A stretch of DNA of 62,019 bases, the filler included, from Circinaria calcarea (taxonomy: Eukaryota): the NCBI GenBank assembly GCA_051942165.1. It is 17 parts of 17 records of this genome, joined end to end, with 100 filler letters (N's around TTAATTAATTAA, not from the genome) between each part and the next. Parts side by side here need not be neighbours in the genome. Positions count along the whole stretch, not along the records: positions 36,589 to 40,142 come from JAVECS010002756.1; positions 40,243 to 43,795 come from JAVECS010002757.1; positions 43,896 to 47,448 come from JAVECS010002758.1; positions 47,549 to 51,095 come from JAVECS010002759.1; 13 more parts are not named here. One strand, written 5' to 3'. Shown piece after piece: positions 37,239 through 48,982 of the stretch. Every line of letters begins with the position of its first letter. Within the stretch, counting starts at the first letter, position 1. The notes below the pieces were generated by a model that saw only the letters and a program-made list of their open reading frames with translations, was not told the origin of the DNA and did no database searches. The position numbers and the translations under genes were made by a program.

Positions 37239-39470
37239 TTACCGTCTAGCGTCAGCGTGATGGCTGAGTAATTGCGATTCCGGGTTGGGCGACGGCTCCG
37301 GCGATGGAACAGGTATATCCAGTTCAAACCTGGGCGAGTTCAAGCTTAACACGTAGGACGCGGCGCCTGGGCTCTGCGCTCTGTGCGTCGCAGGCCGAGT
37401 TACCGGCGATTGAAATGGTGAGGCAGTCCATTGATGACCGCCTTCTAGCTCTACGTCGGGAGACGGGAATGGGTACCTAGTTCGCGGAACAAGACCACCA
37501 GACCGAGAAGATGACGATCGGTGAGGATACGGTTCAGGCGGCGAGGGAAAAATTTGCGAGGTTTGGGTGCTGAGATTAGGGCTAGGTATCTCAATATGCG
37601 TGCTGAAAGTTGTTCCCGAGAATCTATCGGGAGGCTCCGGTGATTCCATTTCCGCTCGAGCTTCGGCTGCGTGTAATTCAGCCGGTTTGCCATGGTTAAT
37701 GCCAAGCTGGTTAGAGTAGTTGTTTTCTGCGCCGGTGTGGTTGATCGGATGGAGCTCATGGCCGTCTACCTCTGCAACGCTAACGCTTGTTAATTTATGG
37801 CCATATCGACTCGATTCGTAACCGGTGTCACTTTTAGTTGGGGCCTGTGTGGCGGGTAATTCCTCTCTATTATGAACGTCATCTTGGTGCTGACCATTCT
37901 TCTTCTTCCGGCTTCTTTTGCACAGCATATATATCGCAATGCCGGCAAGGATGGTAGCGAGGGCAACCATGGCGATAGCGATACCCGCTATAGCAGAGGT
38001 GGGTAGCCCGTTAGAAGAATTGTGGGTAATAGTAATAGCAGTGGAAGAGCTGGGACTTGCGCTAGAAGATGATGTCCCCGTAGATGGATTTGTGCCCGTG
38101 CCTGCGCCAGTGCTAGTACTAGTACTGGTGCTGCTGGTTGCTGGTATTGGGACGATTTGGGAGTTGGCTGGAGGAGGGAAGACGCATTGTGATACGGAGA
38201 AGTTCCCACGTTCATAGTCGGCGGTCAAAAACCTGTGAAAAGATTAGCAAACAATTGTGGACTGCCTAATCTAAAAGTATTGCATACGCTTCTTGGAGGA
38301 ACGTTCGACCCAGTGTATACTGGCTGGCATCGTTCGCTTGGCGCAAGGGGAAAGATCTTGACGCTTTTTTCAATATGGGCGGACCAAGCTGCTGATCAAA
38401 GCTCTGGTAGGGCAGCACAATGTTCATGGAAGGTCCATTGTCCTTAGAGTTGCCTATTCGGAATGTAACGTTTGCGTTCTGCTCGAGTAATGCATCATGC
38501 TCTGTCTCGTTCACCAGATATCGCGCACGGATTGGATCCCAGGATATCCCGAAAGCTTTCTCGAACGCTGTGCAAGCCTCGAGAGGAAGCCATATATCTG
38601 GAACAGTGGAGTCAATCAAGGCATAAATTCCACCACCCGGGAGCAGAGGTGTAGTTGATGGCCCATTGGAGAATGAGATGGACTGCACACCAACCACCAG
38701 TTCGCGGGATTGGGTAGGGGAGAAGCCAAAGAAAACATCGTTAGGAGTGAACCTTGAGACGTCATGGCCACCAAGCGTCAAGCTTGCAGTTGTGTTTGAC
38801 CCTATCAGGTATTAGATCATTCGCAGTATAAACAGAAAAGACAGCCCTCACTATAAACGGCACCCGCGGTATATCCATAAGAAAGACTAGGTATCTTATT
38901 TTGATCTTTCAAAGACTTCAGAAAGCTAGGACCTAGATTTTGATTGACAGCTCTAGGTGAGAGTCCTAGGTTTCCGAGATAGAAATCCTTAGTCGCTATA
39001 GCCGCCACGACTTGCTGATCTAGTGTAATGTTTCCAGACTTGGAGGAGATCCCAAGCGTATCGAATCCGTAGTTGCCAGCATTAAAATGCGCCGCATCAT
39101 CACAACAAGTGAAACCCAGGTTTTGTTCCGCCACCAGTGGCCAATTCTTCTGGTCTTTCCAGGTCGTTGATCCTGCTCGGTTGAACAGGTCACCGCGGGT
39201 ATCAGCGCAGTTTGGTACTTCATTTGCATCGTCCGTGCAGCCGTCTCTCGCAACCACCCATGTCTCCGCTACTAATGTAGACACGAGGACTCGCATGTCT
39301 TGAGCTGGATTACCAACTCGAATTCTAAAAGAGGACCACCAGCCATCGTTGCCGTCACTTGAAGAACGGGTGCCTGGTCAGTAGGTAGAGCTGATATCAC
39401 GAGACTATCAGGGTGAGCCTTACAATTGTCCACTCGGCTCGACAATAATAGGCGCGGGAGGCACCGCCAT
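37239..39470 (-). CDS. Single-pass membrane A1 aspartic-protease-like protein (probably inactive)
   Basis: Exons 39470-39424, 39357-38852, 38801-38288 and 38232-37239. DGNDGWWSSF.IRVGNPAQ, YLGNLGL, IPSLSYGYTAG, LIDST and TLGRTFLQEA, then an S/T stalk, TM helix AIAGIAIAMV.. and a P/S-rich tail. Confidence 0.88.
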
Positions 39471-42400
39471 CGATATCAAATACCGGTATCACTGTTGGAC
39501 GCAAAGACAAGAATGAAAGTAAGAAAATGAAGAAAACGATTGCAGATGCCAACACAGATCGACACGGAGTATTAACGACTGGGTGAGTAGTCGATAGAAA
39601 AGCAGTGAACGAGGGACGTCTCGCAGAGCAATAGCCGCGGAAAGGCACAAGGCTATGAAGAACAGTTTGCGCAGAGCAGCCTTCTAGATATGATCCCTTC
39701 CGGCGACGGATGTATGGAAGGAATCGCTCGCATGCATGCAGTGCTTACCTATGTTTAACTCTCGCCCTCCGCCTGCTAATGCCATAGCCCTAAGTTAGTC
39801 GAGTCCGGACAAGTCGATCGGAGGGTAAATTCTAGATCGGTGGAGATCAACATCCACGCCGGAAGCCGTATGATACGCAGAGGTGGTGTGGTGGGAGGTG
39901 GTGCCATCGAGTCGGTGGGAAGGGCAAGGGTGGGCATTCCTTCGCCCATTGGAGCCGTCGAGTCATCGTCTTTTGCTCGCAGTTGCACGACACACTCTAG
40001 CAGCGGTCTCGATGTGCTTTGCCGCAATCTCACGTTGAACCGTCAGCCTCTCTGTCTGACCGTCTTCCCAGAGATGGCTAAAAGCAAAAGCAGTGCCCAA
40101 ATGCAAGGCAAGTGCGGGGCACCTGTGCTTCCTAATCGTGCTNNNNNNNNNNNNNNNNNNNNNNNNNNNNNNNNNNNNNNNNNNNNTTAATTAATTAANN
40201 NNNNNNNNNNNNNNNNNNNNNNNNNNNNNNNNNNNNNNNNNNGGATATGGGCGGAAAAGGAGCAGTGAGGGGTTATGGGCGGAGATGAAGTTATGGTTTG
40301 TGTGTGGGTGTGTGGGGGCGGGGAATGAAGAACGGAGATGGAGGGAGGAATCCGGCGCCGGGGGTTGAGATGTAGAGCAGACGACTTAGGAGCTGGATGA
40401 GCTATTGAACTTGCGGGACCTATGCGTCATTTCCCAAGCTCCATGTTTAGGTTTTCAGTTTTGCTTGAGCTGTCAGCTGCCAGATTGTAAGTTCTGTCTA
40501 CGGACGGAAGTCTAAAGATTCGATCCGTGGAAACGTATCAAGACAGCTTGGGAGTAGGTTTTTCTAGTCCCGGTGGCTCAACCTGGTTCTGTTCTCGAGG
40601 AGACTTTTGCTCGAGAACGGTAGTTTCCAACAGACACCCACGGTTCTGTTGCTGAGCACGGACACGTGAGGGAGATATATATAACTTGGGGAACCCGCCC
40701 TCTCGCGGGCAATGATCACCCCCAAAATCCCAGGTCTCGGAAAGATCGTCGTACGCCAGACCAAAGGCCATTTGATTTGGTTTGGTTGTTCCGATCCGCT
40801 CTGCTCCTTTTGTAGCATTGGCTTGATATTTGGTACTTTTGTGGCTGATTCTTTCGGTCCCCTTGTGCTACCGGACCAGACCTCTCTAGGGTTGCCGGAT
40901 GAGGCGGTCAGACGGTCATGCTCCTTTGGCATAATCGCCGGCGATTGGAGCTGATAGTCCTGACTGAGGTAAGGTGCGCCTGGAGTTTCTTGCGGAATCC
41001 TCCGCCATGGGAGCTTGCGGTTAGAGGGGAGGTGGGTTCCCAGGATGAAAGCTCGCTGCTCCTACCGTGGGTTGAGGATTGGAGACTTGCGGTGTGTCGC
41101 GGTATGCTATGTAACTTGGGTAGACTATGGAAGTGGAGTCAAGAAGAGTAGAGCAGATGTGTCAAAGTGGGTCGGGCTGTCTGACAGCGAGATAATGTTG
41201 CACCTCTGGTACCTACGCATCAGCATGCTGTCCCTTTGACACTGTACTGATTGACGATTTGAATCTTGCAGGGTTGGGATGCGGTATACTCTTGCCACAG
41301 TGGGCATGTCATATTTCACGGCACAATACTCTGGGAGGCCTTCTGGGCATCCTTCTTGGACCTTCTCCTTGATACTTTCCACTTGCACCGCCGCCATCCT
41401 TTCTCCAATAATTTAAATTCTCAACAGGCACTGAGTGGTGGGCTTGAATCATGGTTTAACTCAACTCCTCTGGCAATATAATCTAGCCCGAGCCTGCAAT
41501 TTTCAAGCTATAGCTTCGTTCACGGAGGCCAACATTTCCAACCACACTTCAAAAGAAGATATGGCAAGAAAACCGCACGAAGAAGGGGGTCTTGGGGAAG
41601 GATATCCGACGTGTGATTACCTTTCATCTAGATACAGAGGCTGATTGGGTAAAGAAGCCGGGCGTTTTTACGCAGACTGCTACCAGTAGGTCTTTGTTGG
41701 ATATACCCGAGGCATGGAGTTGGACAGCATCTCGCCTACAATGATAGGGGTACACCGCTTCTTTGCCATTGGGCGCCTGTTACTGCTGTTTTCTAACCCA
41801 GAAGTGGCCAATGATCTGTTAAGAGTACATGCACATTGCTACGAGCGAGCCTGTCGTGGGCCAAGTACATACTCAATGTTTTAAAACTGTGTCGCACTCT
41901 TGTGATCTACTACAAGCGAGTCTTACCCCAGATCTTAGCGGTCTTCGACAGCTGCCGCGATAAGGCTAAAGTAGGAGCGGCTAGTCTGGCAGGGCAAGAT
42001 CGTCGCTCGGTCGAGTCAGTACTAAAGCCATCCGATCAAAGATGGGGTTGAAAGGGAAAAACCGCCGACTGCGAATGCAACCCTAGATCGTGAGCAGGCG
42101 CCACCGTAGGCGGCTTGACGGCGGGAACAGTGCGGTCTCCCACCCGCCTCACCGACGTCGAGTGGCCTGGAACGGGATAGACGAGCCCGCCTGTCATATT
42201 CAATTCGGCCAGCTGGAACATACCACGATCAAGCTCTTACACACATCGCTTTTCATCGGGGCTAGATGGAGGACTGGAGGATCGAACAAACATCCAGGCC
42301 CAGGGCTTAGGAAGGATCGGCCGAGGTGGGATGAAATGGAATTCTAGTGGCTGGCCGGAGAAAATTGATAGTCAAGGCCGAAAGACCGAACCCATATCAA

Positions 42401-42473
42401 GGCCCTCTGCACAGTGACGGCCCTTGAGGATGTCGAGGACACTCGTTGTCTTTGACAACCTCCTTCATTCGCC

Positions 42474-43795
42474 ATGGATGGCAAATTCCAAAGAACTCCG
42501 GCCTCCAGCATTGTCGACCTACCGGGCTCACTGCCTGTGGCGCAAATTGCAGAAGACGTGGATCCTGAAGCAGTGGCCGTACCTTTTATCCAACAGTTGA
42601 GCTCGATCGGCGCCGATGCTTTTACAGAAGATGCTTTATGGCGTGACTCGTTTGCTTTGACCGGCACTCTGAGAACCTTTTTTTCTGCGGAATTAATTGC
42701 GACTGCCTGGAAAGACACTACCGGCCATCGCTCTCCATCCAACTTTGCGCTGACACCACATTCCGGGCACGTCATGCGACTTGGACCAGATACAGCTTGG
42801 GTAGACGTAGCTTTCACGTTTGAAATTGAAGCTCAGCCTGCGACGTTATGTTCGGGCTTCATCTCCCTCGTACCGGACAACAAGGGTGGATGGAGAATAT
42901 GGCTGTTACGGACGATCCTTGAGCAATTGAAGGGGCATGGCAACGTCGATATCCTGAAAGCACAAGCAGATATAGCGAATGGAGCACCCAACGGTATCGA
43001 GAGGAGTCCTGAATCGAGACACTTTGAGTGTGTTATTGTAGGCGGTGGTCAGGCTGGCCTAGGTATAGCTGGTCGCCTTCAGGCTCTCGGACTGTCGTAC
43101 GTTGTTATCGATCGAAACGAGCGTGTAGGTGATAGTTGGATGCTGAGATATGACTCGGTGAAATTACATACGGTAAGGGAATACGCTCATCTACCGTTCG
43201 GGCGAACATTCTCTGCTGAGGAACCGAACTTTCTTCCCAAGCAAAACCTAGCAGCAGGTTACCAGAGATATGTCGATAAATTTGGGATTGTGAGTATCCA
43301 TGTGTCTCGGAAAATTTGCGGCTAACGGAATATCCCCCACCAGAACTTGTGGCTCTCCACTAATCTAGACTCTGCCCATTGGAGCGAAGGGAAGAAGACA
43401 TGGACGGTGAAGATACGGCATCAAGGCGAAGAGGAGAGCATTACGGGTTCCCATTTGATATTTGCTGTCGGCACTGGCGGCCAGATCCCTAGTATACCAG
43501 AGTATCCGAATCGAGTATGCAGGCATCAACTTATCGACGTTTGGATTGACTGTTAACCCTCGGATTTAGGACAACTTCAAAGGCACGATCATACACTCCG
43601 TCTACTACAAGTCGTCAGTTCCATGGAAAGGAAAAACTGGCGTTGTTATTGGATCCGCTACTACTGGTCAGCTTTCTTCCAACAAGCTGCCAGATTTATT
43701 CAGCTGACTCCTAATGCCGTAGCTCATGATGTGGCAGAGGACATGATCGAGGCTGGTCTATCTTCTGTCACGATGGTACAGCGAGGACGTACGCG
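42474..43795 (+). CDS. Flavin-containing monooxygenase (class B) with N-terminal extension (3' partial)
   Basis: F..DALWRD..ALTGTLRTF N-domain, VIVGGGQAG, W..RYDSVKLH, HSVYY and GVVIGSA.TAHDVAEDM..TMVQRG. First intron 43290-43343, with two more downstream. Confidence 0.9.
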
Positions 43796-43895
43796 NNNNN
43801 NNNNNNNNNNNNNNNNNNNNNNNNNNNNNNNNNNNNNNNTTAATTAATTAANNNNNNNNNNNNNNNNNNNNNNNNNNNNNNNNNNNNNNNNNNNN

Positions 43896-44803
43896 AATGG
43901 AAGTGGTGGAGGAAGTAGTGGAGGAGGTGGAGGCTTAACAGGTCAATTGATGGGCAGCCTCCTGGGAGGCGGTAAGCCGCATAGTCAACAGCAGCAAAGT
44001 CATGCATCCGGAAGTGGTGGAAATTACAGTGGAAGCAGCGGTTCGGCACCGGCCAATCAACATGGAGGCTTGCTGGGTCTCTTGGGCGGCCATCATTCAT
44101 CATCGGTATGAAGAATTCAGCTGCAATCCCATACCTCGTTTTCTTACAAGTCTTCCAGGGTAACAACAACTACGGATACTCATCGAGTGGCCAAGCATCG
44201 TCTACCGGAGGTTATTCCGGCCAGCCACCCCCAGCAGCATACCAGCCACCAGGACAACAACAGAATCAAAGCCAATATGGATCGTCAAGTAACCAATCGA
44301 AACCTTCAAACCTCTCGCAGCATCAGCAATCCTATGCAAGCACCCAAAATTCTGCTACATTAGGTCCATCAAACCCTCCATATACCAGTCCTCCCCAAAG
44401 CCAATACGGTGGCTCGAATCCCGCCGCACCAGGGTTCGGCCAGCAAAGCTCAACCTATCCACAACAGCACCAAGGCCCAGGCTATAGCCAATATCCGCCG
44501 CAGCCGCAACAGCAACAGCAACAATATCCCCATCAAACGCCAAATCCGCTCACATACCCGGTCCCTGGGCAGCCAGCTCCTCAAGAAATGTATGCGCCAC
44601 TCCCATCTCAAAGTAGTCGCCCAAACCAGCAAGAACCATCATACCCAAATCCAGGGACTGGCTACCCGGGCCAACAAATCTATGGACAGCAGGGTGGTCA
44701 AAATTATGGCCGTCCGCCCCCGCCAGCTTCTAGTGGCTATGGCCAAGGCGGAGATCAGTACAATAGCTATGGAGCTCCTCCAGCACCTGGATGGAGAGCA
44801 TAG
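43896..44803 (+). CDS. G/S/Q/Y/P-rich low-complexity protein, C-terminal part
   Basis: Exon 43896-44105 (GGLTGQLMGSLLGGGK..GGLLGLLGGHH), intron 44106-44158, exon 44159-44803. The frame is consistent across the splice. Confidence 0.75.
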
Positions 44804-45553
44804 TGCTCCTTACCCCATTACTTAATGCAAGAGATGGGTGACGCTTGGATACAAAATGAGGGCACAATAGCTATATGACCATGGTATACAGTAATAGATC
44901 AACATGTCTCTCGGTCTGATTTTGCTATGTAAGATTACTAGGACTGTTGCGTTGGGCTTGCCTTAGACTTTTTTCATCTTAGCTCCACAAAAGGATTATT
45001 CCCACCCGATATTATGTAATCCCTTTTTGAACATACGCACCATGGTTAAGATGCGTTGTCTGATGACATGCTGCTGAGCTGCGCGGACTTGGGGGGCTCC
45101 CTGTCTTGCGTGAAATTCAACTCCAGGGTAGTTGCAAGGGCCTGTCTCCGATCGACGACTCATGGTGATGCGCTTAGACCTTTCACTTCGAGAATCTCCT
45201 GTTTGAGATTTTTCGATATCTTCGTTGAACTTCGAGGCGTGCTGTCAGAATTTTTGAGGCGGCTTGATTGTCAAGAGCACCAGGGAGTCTGATAGGCCGC
45301 ACGGACTGTACCCAACAGACCAGGGCTGTCGTCGTGAACCTGACTGGAGCGCTTACGGGAGTATGCGAAGCCTCTAATGTCGGCAAGTGGCCGAGCTCCC
45401 GATAAGGTTTCACTAGCTGTGAACCTTAATGGAGGAGGTACTGTACAAGGGCTCGACTTGTGTGGGTGTCAAAAAAGGTATTTCGATACAACGGCCATGT
45501 GCAAGCTGTCCAATCTCTAAGGCCATGTGCGCGCGGTTGGTGGGGGATTCGGG

Positions 45554-46135
45554 GAGTCCGGAACGTGCCACCCCCCATTTCTGGGGGGGCTGGCATTTTT
45601 CTTGCATAATTCGCATAAAAAATTAAGCGAACGTCAACTACCCCAAAACGAAGCTAGTATAAATTCGATTTTAGCGTGGCTTAGGGCCATCAGTTTATCT
45701 ACCTATTATTTTACATATTAATTTGGGTATCATTTAATTTATTATTTTAAGTATCATTTTGGGTACCTATTTACATATTATTTTAGGCACTATTTTAGGT
45801 ATTATTTTAGGTCTCATTTTGGGTACTATTTTAGGTACCATTTTATATACTAATTCAAATACCCTGAATTATACGCTGCGCCACTGCCAGAAAAGATCTT
45901 GCTAATGCTCTATTCCACCTTCTTTTCTTCATTCCACTTCTTATTTTAAATACAGTGCTTGGGCGGTGTAAAAAGCTAAAGATTAGCTGCGTAAATCGCT
46001 GACTTTAAAATCCTTAGTACCTTTTAGTGTATAGAGCTAATAATTAGCGGATCGTGGGTGGCATTTTTTCGAGATGTCAAAAAATTAAGCGAAAGCCAGC
46101 TACCTCAGAAATGGGGGGTGGCATGTTGTAGACTC
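45554..46135. mobile_element. Non-autonomous Mutator-like element (MULE/MITE), 582 bp
   Basis: 41-bp TIRs with 34/41 identity, starting GAGTC. Perfect 9-bp TSD GGATTCGGG at 45545-45553 and 46136-46144. AT-rich interior with 12-bp repeats. Confidence 0.92.
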
Positions 46136-47016
46136 GGATTCGGGGCAAGTTCAACGTCGGCTACGGATCCCAAGTTTTCCATGTGACTGTATAGGGCGTC
46201 GTCATACCTATATTCTATCATGAGGTCGTACGATATTAAAGATTACAGGCTGGACTACATCTCTCTTAGCCCCCCGGTATCACTGGTGAATAGTTGTCTG
46301 AGACTGTCAGATACAAGTCTACAGGTCCTCTTAGTCGCCTTCGCCATCATGCTACTCCGATTCTGATACTGATAGCTATGGGCTAGAGCATGTTCTTGCT
46401 AGAGACATAGAGAAGATTTGGCTCTTCTGGGCCACCGGAGCACGGCATTTTTCGTCCTTCAGTTCACGGAGCACTATCTGTTCGGTGGCGGTAAGGCTCA
46501 TCAACCATCACGGTACTCTGTCCGGCTTGAAACACATCCTCGACAATATCAGTTGGCTATGCCATGTTGATGAGAATTTTTACGGGAACTGTAAGTGGTA
46601 TTCTGGGTATGCATTATGCGTGGTATGTGGGAATTATCGCGAAGACGATCGGAGGAGGTAGGGATGTTGGAAATCAACTGGCGTTTACCACTCTTGCTCG
46701 GGGGATTTAAGATATCCTCTATATATTTAGAAATGTTTATGGAATACGTCTACGATTGCTGCTTGTATTGCTTGATTCCCATGCTATCCTGCTCTAACAC
46801 GGCCGCAACTGTTACCCACCATGACTTCCTTTACCTATTTAATATTTAATGGGTACATAAAAACAGATATCTAGACGTCTTGGGAAGCCCGGCTCGAATT
46901 TTAATGACTGGTCGAACTTAAGCGAGTAAATATGTCGGAACTTTCAAGAGCATATCAATTTAAATTCTTAGTAGTCACGCATCTCGCAGTACGACATTCT
47001 TATTACCATAGCTGCT

Positions 47017-47411
47017 ATGGCATCAGTCTATAAATCACTGTCCAAGCCTAACGGTCACAAAGATAGCCCAACCAATAATGTTAAGAAACCCAAGCAAAGA
47101 GTACTCATCCTTAGTTCTAGAGGAGTAACATATCGGTTTGCCCAACTTCAAATCAATTCGAGGAACATAGGAGTTCTAATATGTTTTTCGCAGGCACCGA
47201 CATCTCCTCAATGACCTCTATTCCCTCCTCCCTCACAGCCGCAAAGACGCAAAACTGGACACGAAAACTAAGCTTTACCAACTTAACGAACTCGCAGAGC
47301 TCTACAACTGCAACAACGTTCTATTCTTCGAAGCGCGCAAGGGCAAAGACCTTTACATATGGATGAGCAAAGCGCCCAATGGACCTACAGTCAAGATGCA
47401 CCTACAAAATC
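47017..47411 (+). CDS. BRX1: Ribosome biogenesis protein Brx1 (3' partial)
   Basis: MASVYKSL..KQRVLILSSRGVTYR, intron 47136-47193, then HRHLLNDL..LPHSRKDAKLD..LNELAELYNCNNVLFFEARK..PNGPT. Confidence 0.96.
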
Positions 47412-47548
47412 GTATGCGCCCGCATCTCGATTCCTACCTACAAGAGACNNNNNNNNNNNNNNNNNNNNNNNNNNNNNNNNNNNNNNNNNNNNTTAATTAA
47501 TTAANNNNNNNNNNNNNNNNNNNNNNNNNNNNNNNNNNNNNNNNNNNN

Positions 47549-48413
47549 GCTTTTATAAATTTAAATAATAAATTCGAGAATTTTATTATTTAACTCGGCG
47601 GTTTTATATTTTATAATAATTAGAAATATTATAATTAGGCGTTCGAGTAGTATTTATATTTTTAAATTTAATAAATAACGGCAGCGGAAAAAGGCTTTAA
47701 AGAATACCCCGCGGAAAAAAAATTTACCGGAAAAAATACGATTTTATTAATTTTATAGAAAGAAATTCTATATATATAAATAAAAAAATAATAGGTTTAA
47801 ATCTATTAACGTTTTAAACGCGTATAAAATCTAAAAAAAAAAACGAAAAATAAAACGGAAAAAAAATTGAAAACCTAGAATAAAAAATAATAATAATATT
47901 TTAAGAACGGGTGATTATAATTACACCTAGGGCGAAAAAGAAAATATTAATATTTATATAATTAAGAACCTTTTCGCCGGTTAAACGTATATATATCGAG
48001 GTTTTTTATATTTTAATACTTAAGCGCAGAATACGCGCACGGAGGAATCTCGCGGAATAAGATATATAGAAGGTCGAGGAGGTCGAGGATATTAAAAGAA
48101 AAAAGAAATAATATAGTGGGCAGCAGCTATAGCGAAGAAAGGGTCGTGGCGGGCGATAACGGAAATATAGAAAACGGCAGCAAGATTAAATATATAAATA
48201 TTAATAATAAACGGAACGATAAAAAGAATAGAGTATTTATTTATATAATTTAATAGCTTAAAAAGCGCGCATATTGAATGTGCGAATACGCTATATAAAT
48301 TTATAATAAGGTGTCCGAGTAGCGAAATAGGGTGTTATAATAGCCCAGGGGTGTCCTATTAGTAAAGAGGGGTGTTTTAGTAGTTGGATGAGGTGTCAAA
48401 ATAGACGAGACCC
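47549..48413. mobile_element. RIP-like AT-rich DNA transposon end with phased subterminal repeats (Mutator-like)
   Basis: AT-rich block ending sharply at ..GAGACCC (48413). Five GGTGT-N5-TAG motifs at 48310, 48331, 48350, 48371 and 48392. Confidence 0.6.
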
Positions 48414-48982
48414 AGATCTCAGCCTCTGCGTCGAAGAACAAAGCTAACCGATAAATGCCTCGTGGGAGCGTGACTGACATACGAATTGCGGAGCTCGGGG
48501 ATAATCTGCGTGTTTGCCTAATTACCTCCGCACGGAGTACTTCGTATTGCCTTTGTATGGGTAGCGTGTCATTTTCCCTCTGTTCCTTCCAAATTATTCA
48601 ACTCAACTACCTTGGCACACTTCTCGTCCGTACTTGGATACCGGGCATTATGTCTCGAACACTCGACACGGGTAGTTGCAAGCAAACTTCTGGGCAACAA
48701 TTTTTCTATTGGCTGGACTAGCCCGCGTGCCCCATGGCATTACACCCGAATACCTGGATAATGTCTCGCAGAAAGATTGAAATACGAGTTTGGACAAGCT
48801 GGCTGGGTGTGAACTCTCCGGCCCCCTTTCAGCACTGTGCATATTCGTGGCGTAGATTAGCATCGCACAAGTCTGATGGCTTATGTTGACCATTTTACCC
48901 CTCTTTTTCGTTGTCTGCTTCTTACCTATCTTTATATATATTCCTAATTCCCAGCCCTAGCATCAAGCTACACAGCCAACAA

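Noticed and set aside
40538..42050. Several 70-120-aa ORFs upstream of the FMO
   Set aside because: Possibly pseudogene debris, but I cannot assign a family or a consistent exon structure.
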